From Candidatus Rokuibacteriota bacterium (GTDB taxonomy: Bacteria; Methylomirabilota; Methylomirabilia; Rokubacteriales; DASRDR01): a DNA stretch of 15,325 bases. Within the stretch, counting starts at the first letter, position 1; every line of letters begins with the position of its first letter. The notes beneath the pieces are model-generated. The model worked only from the letters and a program-made list of their open reading frames with translations, searched no databases and had not been told where the DNA came from. Shown here piece after piece: positions 1-6,984 of the stretch. The position numbers were made by a program, and so were the translations under genes. The stretch spans positions 1-15,325 of the forward strand of contig JBIOTN010000193.1 of NCBI GenBank assembly GCA_044866005.1, in the 5' to 3' direction.

Positions 1-226
1 AGCCGGGCGGCCCCGCCGGGCCCTGAACTGGCCGTGACGGTCGGTCCCCATTGACCGTATTCGGGTTGGAACCCCAGCGCCATACGTTGGATGCCGACCC
101 TACGTCGGCTCCCGAGTATCGGTTTGATTCACAGGCTCAAAGCCGCCGCTCGAAGCGCTTCGGCCCAGGGTGCGGGGAATTCGAGACTCTATGCGTCGTC
201 GTGAAGTCCAAGAGTCGGAGGCGCCA

Positions 227-625
227 ATGCGGAACGTGATCCGGCGCGGAGAAGGCGAAATCCTGACGCTGGGGCAGAACCGGCCGCGAGCGGTCGAGAT
301 CCTGGTGGAGCCGGGCGCGACCGGCACCCGGGCCTTCACGATGGGCGCGCAGACGCTCCCGCCGGGCGGCGAGGTGCCGCTCCACAAGCACGCCCAGGAA
401 GAGATCCTCTTCGTCTACGCGGGGAGCGCGCGCGTGACGGTGGCGGGGACGACGTATCCCGTGACAGCCGAGACCGCCATCTTCGTGCCGCCGGACACCT
501 ACCACCGGATCGAGAATCCCGGACCCGGCGAGCTCAGGATGACCTTCACCCTCACCCCGCCGGGCTACGAGGAGTACTTCCGCCAGCTGGCCCGCACCCA
601 CACCGACCACGTGCCGGGCCGATAA
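227..625 (+). CDS. Cupin domain protein (about 132 aa)
   Basis: Cupin motif 1 (PLHKHAQEEILFVYAG) and motif 2 (IFVPPDTYHRIEN). ATG at 227 follows GGAGG at 217-221. Codon usage fits the genome from this start. Confidence 0.88.
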   Translation: MRNVIRRGEGEILTLGQNRPRAVEILVEPGATGTRAFTMGAQTLPPGGEVPLHKHAQEEILFVYAGSARVTVAGTTYPVTAETAIFVPPDTYHRIENPGPGELRMTFTLTPPGYEEYFRQLARTHTDHVPGR

Positions 626-732
626 GCGTCGCATCCCCGAGTCCTCGGTCGTCGTCGGCCCTCAACGTATGCGGCATACGCCTCGGGCCGCCTCCTCCCT
701 GCGTCCTGGGGCTGCTCGCTTCTCGGCCCGGC
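613..732. repeat. Imperfect palindromic MITE/REP-like element between convergent genes
   Basis: Terminal inverted repeat GCCGGGCCGATAAGCG (613-628) / CGCTTCTCGGCCCGGC (717-732), 15/16 complementary. Inner GGCCC/GGGCC pair and core CGTATGC-G-GCATACG (666-680). Related ends recur at 10769-10896 and 13671-13697. Confidence 0.7.
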
Positions 733-742
733 GGGCGGCGCG

Positions 743-3061
743 TCAGCGCTGGCGGAGGCGGGCGGCGGCGATGGCCTGCCAGACCCGGTCGGCGGTCAGC
801 GGGATGTCGAGGTGGCGGATGCCGAGCGGCGCGAGCGCGTCCATCACGGCATTCGCGACCGCCGGCGTGGAGCCGATCGTGGCCGACTCGCCGATCCCCT
901 TCACACCGATCGGGGTCCGCGGTGACGGCGTGACCGTGTGCCCGGTCTCGAAGGCGGGCAGGTCCGCGGCCTTTGGCACGGCGTAGTCCATGAGGGAGCC
1001 CGTGACGAGCTGGCCCTCGGCGTCGTAGCGTCCCGCCTCCCAGAGCGCCTGCCCGATCCCCTGCGCGAGCCCTCCGTGGACCTGTCCCGCCGCCAGCAGC
1101 GGGTTCACGATGACGCCGCTGTCGTCGACCGTGACGTAGCGCCGCACGCGGACGACCCCGGTGTCGGCCTCCACCTCGACGAGCGCGAGGTGCGCGCCGA
1201 ACGGGTAGAGGAGCCCCTGGCCGACGAAGTCCTGGCGCGCCTCGAGGCCCGGCTCGACGTCCGCGGGGCGCGGGCCGTGGTGGGCCGCCGCGGCGACCTC
1301 GGCCCACGAGACGCGGCGGTCCGGCACGCCCCGCACGTGGAAGACGCCGCCCTCCAGGACGATGTCGTCGCCGCGCGCCTCGAGGAGGTGGGCCGCGATG
1401 CGCCGCGCCTTGTCGGCGACGTGCCGGGCGTTCACGACGGCCGCCATGCCGCCGCGCGAGATGCTCCGGCTGCCGAAGGTCCCCACGCCCTTGCGGACCA
1501 CCTGGGTGTCGCTGTGGAGCACCTTCACGCGCGCGACCGGCACGCCGAGCTCGTCGGCCACGAGCTGGGCGAAGCTCGTCTCGTGCCCCTGCCCGTGGGG
1601 CGAAGAGCCCGTCAGCACGGTCACGCCCGCGTCCGGGCCGACGACGACGTCCGACACCTCGTCGTCCACGAAGCCGCACATCTCGACGTACGAGGCGAGC
1701 CCGATGCCGACGAGCCGGCCCGCGGCTCTCGCGCGGGCCTGCTCGGCGCGAAGGCCGGCGTAGTCCGCGCGGGCCAGGAGCGCGTCGAGCGCGCCCACGT
1801 AGTTCCCGCTGTCGTAGCTCGGGCCCATGGGGGCCGCGTAGGGGAACGCCGTCGGCGGCACGAAGTTCCGGCGGCGGACCTCCGCCGGCTCGAGCCCGAG
1901 CTCCGCGGCGAGGAGGTCCATCGCGCGCTCGATGAAGTAGGCCGCCTCGGGGCGTCCGGCGCCGCGGTAGGCCGCGGTGCCCATGGAGTTCGTGAAGACG
2001 CCCAGCACCTCCGTCCGCACCGCCGGGATGTCGTAGCAGCCGGTGATCATCTGGCCGCACAGGACCGGCAGCAGCGGGCCGTCGCTGAACAGGCAGAAGC
2101 CGAGGTTGCCGATGATCCGGGCCTCCAGGCCGCGGAGGCGCCCGCTGCGCTCCGCGGCCAGCCGGAGGCGCGCGACGACGTCGCGGCCGTGGGAGGTGGC
2201 GAGGAGGTCCTCGCGGCGACTCGCCGTGAAGCGCACCGGCCGGCCGAGCCGGATGGCGAGCCACGGGACGATCAGGTCCTCGGAGTAGAGCGCGATCTTC
2301 GCGCCGAACCCGCCGCCCACGCGCGGCGCGACGACGCGGACACGGGCGGGGTCGAGCTTGAGGTGCTCCGCGATCGCGTCGCGGAGGCCGTGGGGGATCT
2401 GGGTCGAGCCCCACACCGTGAGCTGGCCGGTCGCGGGCTCGTGCTGCGCGGCGACCGCCCGCGGCTCCATGGCGACGGCCATGAGCCGCTGGTTCACCAG
2501 ACGCGCCTCCACCACGACCGGCGCGTCGTGGAAGGCCGCCGCCACGTCGCCGTGGCTCCGGGCCCAGCGCACCCCGAGGTTCGAGTCGAGGTCGTCGTAG
2601 AGGCGTCGGGCGCCGGGGCTGAGCGCGGCTTCCGGGTCCGTGACCGCGGGGAGCGGCGCGTACTCGACGTCCACGAGCTCGGCGGCGTCCTGGGCGGCGT
2701 AGGCGGTCTCCGCGACGACCACCGCGACCGGCTCGCCGACGTACCGCACCCGCCCGTCGGCCAGGGCCCGGCGCCCCTTGAGGTGGACCTCGTCGAAGGC
2801 GTCGGTCCCGATGACCATGGGGATCTCGCCGAGCGCGCCGTTCACGTCCGCGGCGGTGAAGACGCCGGCGACCCCGGGGGCGCGGCGCGCGCGGTCGGGC
2901 GCGAGCCGACGGATCTCCGCGTGCGCGAAGGGGCTGCGGACGACCGCCAGGTGGAGCGCGCCCCGGAGCGGGATGTCGGCGACGTACGGGTCACGGCCGG
3001 TGAGCAGGCCGAGATCTTCCGTGCGCTTGAGCGATCGGCCGACCTCACGCAGCGTCGCCAT
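743..3061 (-). CDS. Xanthine dehydrogenase family molybdopterin-binding large subunit (CoxL/CutL-like, form II-type AYRGAGR)
   Basis: 772 aa with VGGGFGAK, AYRGAGRPE (1952-1972), HGQGHET, GTFGSRS, GQVHGGLAQGIG and VKGIGES motifs. Purine-rich RBS upstream of the ATG. Confidence 0.93.
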   Translation of the reverse strand: MATLREVGRSLKRTEDLGLLTGRDPYVADIPLRGALHLAVVRSPFAHAEIRRLAPDRARRAPGVAGVFTAADVNGALGEIPMVIGTDAFDEVHLKGRRALADGRVRYVGEPVAVVVAETAYAAQDAAELVDVEYAPLPAVTDPEAALSPGARRLYDDLDSNLGVRWARSHGDVAAAFHDAPVVVEARLVNQRLMAVAMEPRAVAAQHEPATGQLTVWGSTQIPHGLRDAIAEHLKLDPARVRVVAPRVGGGFGAKIALYSEDLIVPWLAIRLGRPVRFTASRREDLLATSHGRDVVARLRLAAERSGRLRGLEARIIGNLGFCLFSDGPLLPVLCGQMITGCYDIPAVRTEVLGVFTNSMGTAAYRGAGRPEAAYFIERAMDLLAAELGLEPAEVRRRNFVPPTAFPYAAPMGPSYDSGNYVGALDALLARADYAGLRAEQARARAAGRLVGIGLASYVEMCGFVDDEVSDVVVGPDAGVTVLTGSSPHGQGHETSFAQLVADELGVPVARVKVLHSDTQVVRKGVGTFGSRSISRGGMAAVVNARHVADKARRIAAHLLEARGDDIVLEGGVFHVRGVPDRRVSWAEVAAAAHHGPRPADVEPGLEARQDFVGQGLLYPFGAHLALVEVEADTGVVRVRRYVTVDDSGVIVNPLLAAGQVHGGLAQGIGQALWEAGRYDAEGQLVTGSLMDYAVPKAADLPAFETGHTVTPSPRTPIGVKGIGESATIGSTPAVANAVMDALAPLGIRHLDIPLTADRVWQAIAAARLRQR

Positions 3062-3085
3062 GGTCTGTCTCGCTCTCTCTCCCGC

Positions 3086-3433
3086 TCAGCGAGGGCGGCC
3101 CAGCCGCCGGGCGGCCAGACCCGTCCGCCGCGCCAGCACGGTCAGGGCGCCGAGCAGCCGTCGTGACCACGCCGCCTGGACGAGCCCGAGCCGGCTGGCG
3201 ACGCCTTCGTCGACCCGCACCTGGAGCGACTGGAGAACGTAGGGCGAGCGGAGCGCCCGCTCGACGCGCTCCGCGGGCAGGCCGAGCTCGGTCAGGAATG
3301 CCTCGAGGGCCGCCCGGTCGGGGAGGCGGCGCCGGGCCCCGCCCGGCGGTTGGACCGCGCCGGTCGGCACGAGGCGCACCTCGAACATGCCCCGCTCGTG
3401 CCAGCGGATGACGAGGTTGCCCTCGATCTCCAC
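3086..3433 (-). CDS. Hypothetical protein (about 115 aa), probably co-transcribed with the molybdoprotein gene
   Basis: Protein-like composition (EIEGNLVIRWHERGMFEVRLVP...AALEAFLTELGL). Stops 24 nt before the CoxL-like start. GTG at 3433 lies just downstream of an extended -10 motif. Start position uncertain. Confidence 0.6.
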   Translation of the reverse strand: MEIEGNLVIRWHERGMFEVRLVPTGAVQPPGGARRRLPDRAALEAFLTELGLPAERVERALRSPYVLQSLQVRVDEGVASRLGLVQAAWSRRLLGALTVLARRTGLAARRLGRPR

Positions 3434-3442
3434 GGTGGCCTC

Positions 3443-3493
3443 AGCATAGCACGTGACACCGCCGGCAGATCCGGGCACGGCCCGACGTACAAT
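3443..3493. promoter_or_regulatory. Back-to-back -10 elements of divergent (near-)leaderless promoters
   Basis: Minus strand: TG-C-TATGCT (3451-3443), 9 nt before GTG 3433. Plus strand: TACAAT (3488-3493), 6 nt before ATG 3500. Confidence 0.6.
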
Positions 3494-3499
3494 GGGACC

Positions 3500-5335
3500 A
3501 TGCGGCTGCCCCGCCCCCGGCCGTGGCAGCGTCTCGGCGCCCGTGTCGCCGCGGGCTTCGTCGCGGTCACCCTGCTCGGCATCGGCACCGTCGGGCTGCT
3601 CGACTACCGGCAGCAGAAGCAGTCGCTGGAAGAGACGCTCGGCATGTTCCTCGTGAACATCGCCCGGACCGGGTCACTCCTCGTCGACTCCGCCCGGCAC
3701 GCCGAGGTCGAGGCGACCCTCACCCAGGACTCCACGGCCTACCGCGAGATCCGGGCGCGGCTCGCCGCGATCCAGGACGCGAACGAGATCCCCACGCCGA
3801 TCTACACGCTCACCGGCTTCGATGCCTCCGCGCGGCTGGCGCACTTCATGGTCACGAGCCGCGGGCCGGGCGCGCCGGGGGAGCCCTATCCCCTCGTCCC
3901 GGCGCTCCTCGAGCCGCTCGGCCGGGCTTTCCGGGACGGCGTCGCGACGCACACGCGCATCTACGCGAACCAGTCCGGCACCTGGATCACGGCGTTCGCG
4001 CCGGTCCGGGATGGGACCGGCCGGGTCTTCGCCGTCCTCGACGTCGACTACCAGGTCGACGTCTACCTGGCGCGGCTCGCCCGCATCCGTCACCTGCTCC
4101 TCGGCGCCTCCCTGCTCGGCGGCGTGGTCGCGCTGGCGGTCGGCGTCCTGGTGGCCCGGCGTGTGACCGGCCCCGTCGCCGCGCTCACGGCGGGCGTCAC
4201 ACGGGTGGCGGAGGGCGACCTGTCGCAGTCGCTCCCCGTGCGCTCGCGGGACGAGGTGGGGCTGCTCACGCGGGCCTTCAACGCGATGCTCGATGGGCTC
4301 CGGCAGCGCGACTTCATCCGCGACACGTTCGGCCGCTACGTCTCGCCGGAGATCGCGCGGACGGTCCTGGAGTCGCCCGGGGGGCTGCAGCTCGGCGGCG
4401 AGAAGCGCGAGGTCACCATCCTGATGTCGGACCTCCGCGGCTACACGCGCCTGGTCGAGGAGGCCGACCCGGCGGTCGTCGTGCAGCTGCTCAACGGGTA
4501 CCTCGGGCGGATGACCGAGATCATCATCGAGCACGGCGGCACGATCGACGAGTTCATCGGCGACGCGATCTTCGCGATCTTCGGCGCGCCCCTGCCGCAC
4601 GCGGACCACGCCGAGCGCGCCGCGGGCTGCGCCCTCGCCATGCAGCTCGCGATGGCCGAGGTGAACGCGCGGCACGCCAGCCGTGGGCTCCCCCGGCTCG
4701 AGATGGGGATCGGGCTCAACACCGGCGAGGCGGTGGTCGGGAACATCGGGTCGGAGAAGCGGACCAAGTACGGGGTGGTCGGGAACACCGTGAACCTCGC
4801 CGCCCGGGTCGAGGGGTGCACGGTGGGCGGCCAGGTCCTCCTGAGCGCCTCCACCTACGAGCGCCTGTGCGAGGTCGCGGAGGTGGGGCCGCCGCTCCCC
4901 GTCGAGGTCAAGGGCCTCCGCGAGCCGCTCCTCCTCTACGAGCTGCGCGCGCTCGAGGGACGGTACGCGCGCCGGCTGCCCGAGGCCGCCGCGGCGGAGG
5001 GCCCCGAGGTGGACGTCGCCCTGCCGCTCCAGGCCTGGGTGATCGAGGGGAAGGCCATCCGGCCGGAGGCGATCGGCGGCGAGGCCGTGCGGCTCGGTCA
5101 CATGCGGCTGGCGGCGCGGCTCCCGACGCCGCTCGCGCCGCTCACGAACGTCCGCCTCCGCCTCCGCTACCCGGCCCTGGGGCAGGAATCCGGCGACGTG
5201 TACGGCAAGGTGGTCGCCTCGGACGGCGACCCGGGCGCCGGGCTCGCGCGGATCCGCATCACCTCGGTCGACCCCGCCGACCAGCAGATCCTCGAGGCGC
5301 TCGTCCGGGCGGCGGCGGCCGCGGCGGGGGGTTGA
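3500..5335 (+). CDS. Membrane class III nucleotidyl cyclase (TM - extracytoplasmic sensor - TM - HAMP - cyclase - PilZ-like tail), probable guanylate cyclase of the Cya2 type
   Basis: Two hydrophobic helices flank a sensor region. HAMP motif (PV..LT....RVAEGDL.......RDEVG.L..AFNAM). Catalytic motifs MSDLRGYT, IDEFIGDA, GNIGSEKRTKYGVVG and VNLAARVE. Start set at ATG 3500 rather than 3350. Confidence 0.92.
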   Translation: MRLPRPRPWQRLGARVAAGFVAVTLLGIGTVGLLDYRQQKQSLEETLGMFLVNIARTGSLLVDSARHAEVEATLTQDSTAYREIRARLAAIQDANEIPTPIYTLTGFDASARLAHFMVTSRGPGAPGEPYPLVPALLEPLGRAFRDGVATHTRIYANQSGTWITAFAPVRDGTGRVFAVLDVDYQVDVYLARLARIRHLLLGASLLGGVVALAVGVLVARRVTGPVAALTAGVTRVAEGDLSQSLPVRSRDEVGLLTRAFNAMLDGLRQRDFIRDTFGRYVSPEIARTVLESPGGLQLGGEKREVTILMSDLRGYTRLVEEADPAVVVQLLNGYLGRMTEIIIEHGGTIDEFIGDAIFAIFGAPLPHADHAERAAGCALAMQLAMAEVNARHASRGLPRLEMGIGLNTGEAVVGNIGSEKRTKYGVVGNTVNLAARVEGCTVGGQVLLSASTYERLCEVAEVGPPLPVEVKGLREPLLLYELRALEGRYARRLPEAAAAEGPEVDVALPLQAWVIEGKAIRPEAIGGEAVRLGHMRLAARLPTPLAPLTNVRLRLRYPALGQESGDVYGKVVASDGDPGAGLARIRITSVDPADQQILEALVRAAAAAAGG

Positions 5336-5337
5336 CC

Positions 5338-5985
5338 GTGCCGGCGAGGCGGGCGCGGGCGGAGCCCGGCACGGCGGCGCCGCTCGTTCCCGAGCGTCCG
5401 ACCCTGGGGACCGCGCGGGAGGCCGCCCGCGGCTGCCAGGCCTGCGACCTCTGGCGGACCGGCACCCAGACGGTCTTCGGCGAAGGCGCGCCGCGGGCCC
5501 AGGTCATGCTCGTCGGCGAGCAGCCGGGGGACTACGAGGACCGCGCGGGGCGGCCCTTCGTCGGCCCGGCGGGGAAGCTCCTCGACCGGGCGCTCGCCGC
5601 GGCGGGGATCGACCGGACGAAGGTCTACGTCACCAACGTCGTCAAGCACTTCAAGTGGGAGCCCCGGGGGAAGCGGCGGATCCACGCCAAGCCGAACGCG
5701 GCCGAGATCGCGGCCTGCCGGCCCTGGCTCGAGACCGAGATCGCGCTCGTGCGGCCCCGGGTCGTCGTCTGCCTCGGCGCGACGGCGGCCCAGGCGCTCC
5801 TGGGGAAGACGTTCAAGGTCACCCAGCAGCGCGGGGAGTTCGTCCCCTCCCCGCTCGCGCCGCTGGTCATGGCCACGGTCCACCCCTCCGCCCTGCTCCG
5901 CGCCCCCGACGAGGCGACGCGCCACGCCGAGCTGGAGCGCTTCGTGGAAGACCTTTCCCGGATCGCCGAGCGCCTCAGGGAGTGA
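5338..5985 (+). CDS. udgX: UdgX family uracil-DNA binding/glycosylase protein (4Fe-4S)
   Basis: CQAC...KHF...ACRP cluster ligands, GEQPG motif A, KRRIH R-loop (5671-5685) and HPSALLR motif B. Start is GTG 5338 or TTG 5332 (overlapping the cyclase stop). Confidence 0.9.
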   Translation: MPARRARAEPGTAAPLVPERPTLGTAREAARGCQACDLWRTGTQTVFGEGAPRAQVMLVGEQPGDYEDRAGRPFVGPAGKLLDRALAAAGIDRTKVYVTNVVKHFKWEPRGKRRIHAKPNAAEIAACRPWLETEIALVRPRVVVCLGATAAQALLGKTFKVTQQRGEFVPSPLAPLVMATVHPSALLRAPDEATRHAELERFVEDLSRIAERLRE

Positions 5986-6086
5986 CAGGCCCCGTTCCAC
6001 CGATGACCCGTTCCGCTGCTCATTGATTGATCGACCGCGGCCGCCGCGCCGGCGGCGATCGGGCAAGATAGGCGGCCCCGTCCACC

Positions 6087-6361
6087 GTGTCGAGCCCCTC
6101 CAGTCGGGAGCCGAGCTCACCTGGTTCCCCGGGACGCCGTAAGCGATCGGCACTCGGAGGCCGGGTGGCCCGCTGGACCCCGACCGGCTGGGAGCTCGAT
6201 GCAGTCGCGCCGCTCGAGGCCGGGCCCGGAGGGTCGGCGTGTGACCCCCCTGGATCGTTCCGGTGACACCCCGTGCGGGCGCGTCACGGCCGCGATAGGC
6301 GACGAATCCCCGTGGGGGCGCCTGGGGCGCCGCTCCTCACGGGCACGCTCCGGGCCGGGCC
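6087..6361 (+). other. Structured non-coding segment (long rod hairpin plus a multibranch domain), function unknown
   Basis: Nested stems found by hand: 6087-6095/6194-6202, 6100-6108/6179-6187, 6118-6126/6159-6167, 6129-6133/6153-6157, 6136-6139/6148-6151. A second domain is closed by 6218-6231/6348-6361. No credible ORF. Confidence 0.4.
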
Positions 6362-6401
6362 GTGGCGCGGCCAGCAGGCGCGGGAGGCGCGGGCCAGCGT
6401 C

Positions 6402-6430
6402 TTGCCGAGCCTGGACCGATACCGTATCGT
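6402..6430 (+). promoter_or_regulatory. Putative sigma70-type promoter of the integrase with an overlapping palindrome
   Basis: TTGCCG (6402-6407), 17 nt spacer, TATCGT (6425-6430). Palindrome CGATAC-C-GTATCG (6417-6429) overlaps the -10. Confidence 0.45.
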
Positions 6431-6463
6431 AGTGAGCCACCCTCGGGGGGAACGCCGGCTCAC

Positions 6464-6759
6464 CTCCTCGACCGCGTCCGTCTGGCCCTGCGGGCGCGTC
6501 ACGGGAGCCGCCGTACCGAGAAGACGTATGTCGCCTGGATCCGCCGGTACACCTCTTCCACGGCCAACGCCATCCGACGGAGATGGGAGCGGCCGAGATC
6601 ACGCGGTTCTTGAGCTCGCTCGCCGCCGAAAGGAACGTCGCCGCGCCCACCCAAAACCAGGCGTCGAGCGCCCGGCTGTTTCTCTATCGCAACGTCCTCG
6701 AGCAGGAGCTCCCCTGGCTCGACGGCGTGGGCCGCGCCAAGCGGACGGCGCGGCGCCGG
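6464..6759 (+). pseudogene. intI: Integron integrase pseudogene (N-terminal SAM-like domain only, frameshifted, catalytic domain deleted)
   Basis: LLDRVRLALRARHGSRRTEKTYVAWIRRY, then a 1-nt loss near 6551, then LFHGQRHPTEMGAAEITRFLSSLAAERNVAAPTQNQASSARLFLYRNVLEQELPWLDGVGRAKR. This matches the IntI N-terminal consensus. Homology ends near 6759 and no R-H-R-Y catalytic region follows. Confidence 0.88.
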
Positions 6760-6946
6760 ACTACGAAGAGGCGACGTGGCGGATACCACCGGTCTGCATA
6801 ACGCGGGGACGAAGCGCCCGGCGGCGCGCGCCAAAGGGCGCGTCGGATCGGATCGGTCCGTGAGGGCAGGACGGCTTGCCCGACGGGCGTGTTAGCCTGT
6901 CCGAGCCCGCAGCGTACCCCTTGCTATCAAGTTCCGTGTACGTCGA

Positions 6947-6955
6947 GTTGGGCGG
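6947..6955 (+). mobile_element. Integron core site (GTTRRRY), probable attI/cassette junction
   Basis: GTTGGGCGG lies about 30 nt before the cassette ORF and is complementary (8/9) to CCGCCCGAC at 8039-8047 after the ORF. Confidence 0.55.
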
Positions 6956-6984
6956 TCCACTGGGGCTCTCGGTGGAGGATGGTT

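Noticed and set aside
743..3061. Genuine aerobic CO dehydrogenase (form I coxL)
   Set aside because: It has AYRGAGR rather than the Cu-binding AYXCSFR loop, and no coxMS or coxDEF genes are nearby, so no gene symbol was given.
938..3166. 742-aa + strand ORF (also 552..2414, 3674..5101, 8220..10502, 8831..10558, 10822..11787, 11929..12834, 13660..14583, 14300..15202)
   Set aside because: Antisense or off-frame shadows of well-supported genes, as expected in high-GC DNA. No recognisable motifs.
3500..5335. Pycsar-type anti-phage pyrimidine cyclase
   Set aside because: The sensor-HAMP receptor architecture and purine-type specificity residues do not fit, and no cNMP-binding TM or TIR effector gene is adjacent.
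3523..5985. 820-aa ORF suggesting a long N-terminal fusion to UdgX
   Set aside because: The first ~600 aa are Arg/Pro/Gly-rich off-frame reading of the cyclase gene. Only the part from about 5332-5338 is protein-like.
6070..6361. 6S RNA, SRP RNA, tmRNA or RNase P RNA
   Set aside because: No diagnostic motifs seen: no large central bubble, no CAGG-GGAA-AGCA, no tRNA-like ends, no GGAAAGTCC.
6796..6897. GCATAAC...GTTAGCC as an attC site
   Set aside because: The ends look like R''/R' boxes, but the sequences just inside them do not pair as L boxes. More likely part of the attI-side region or chance.
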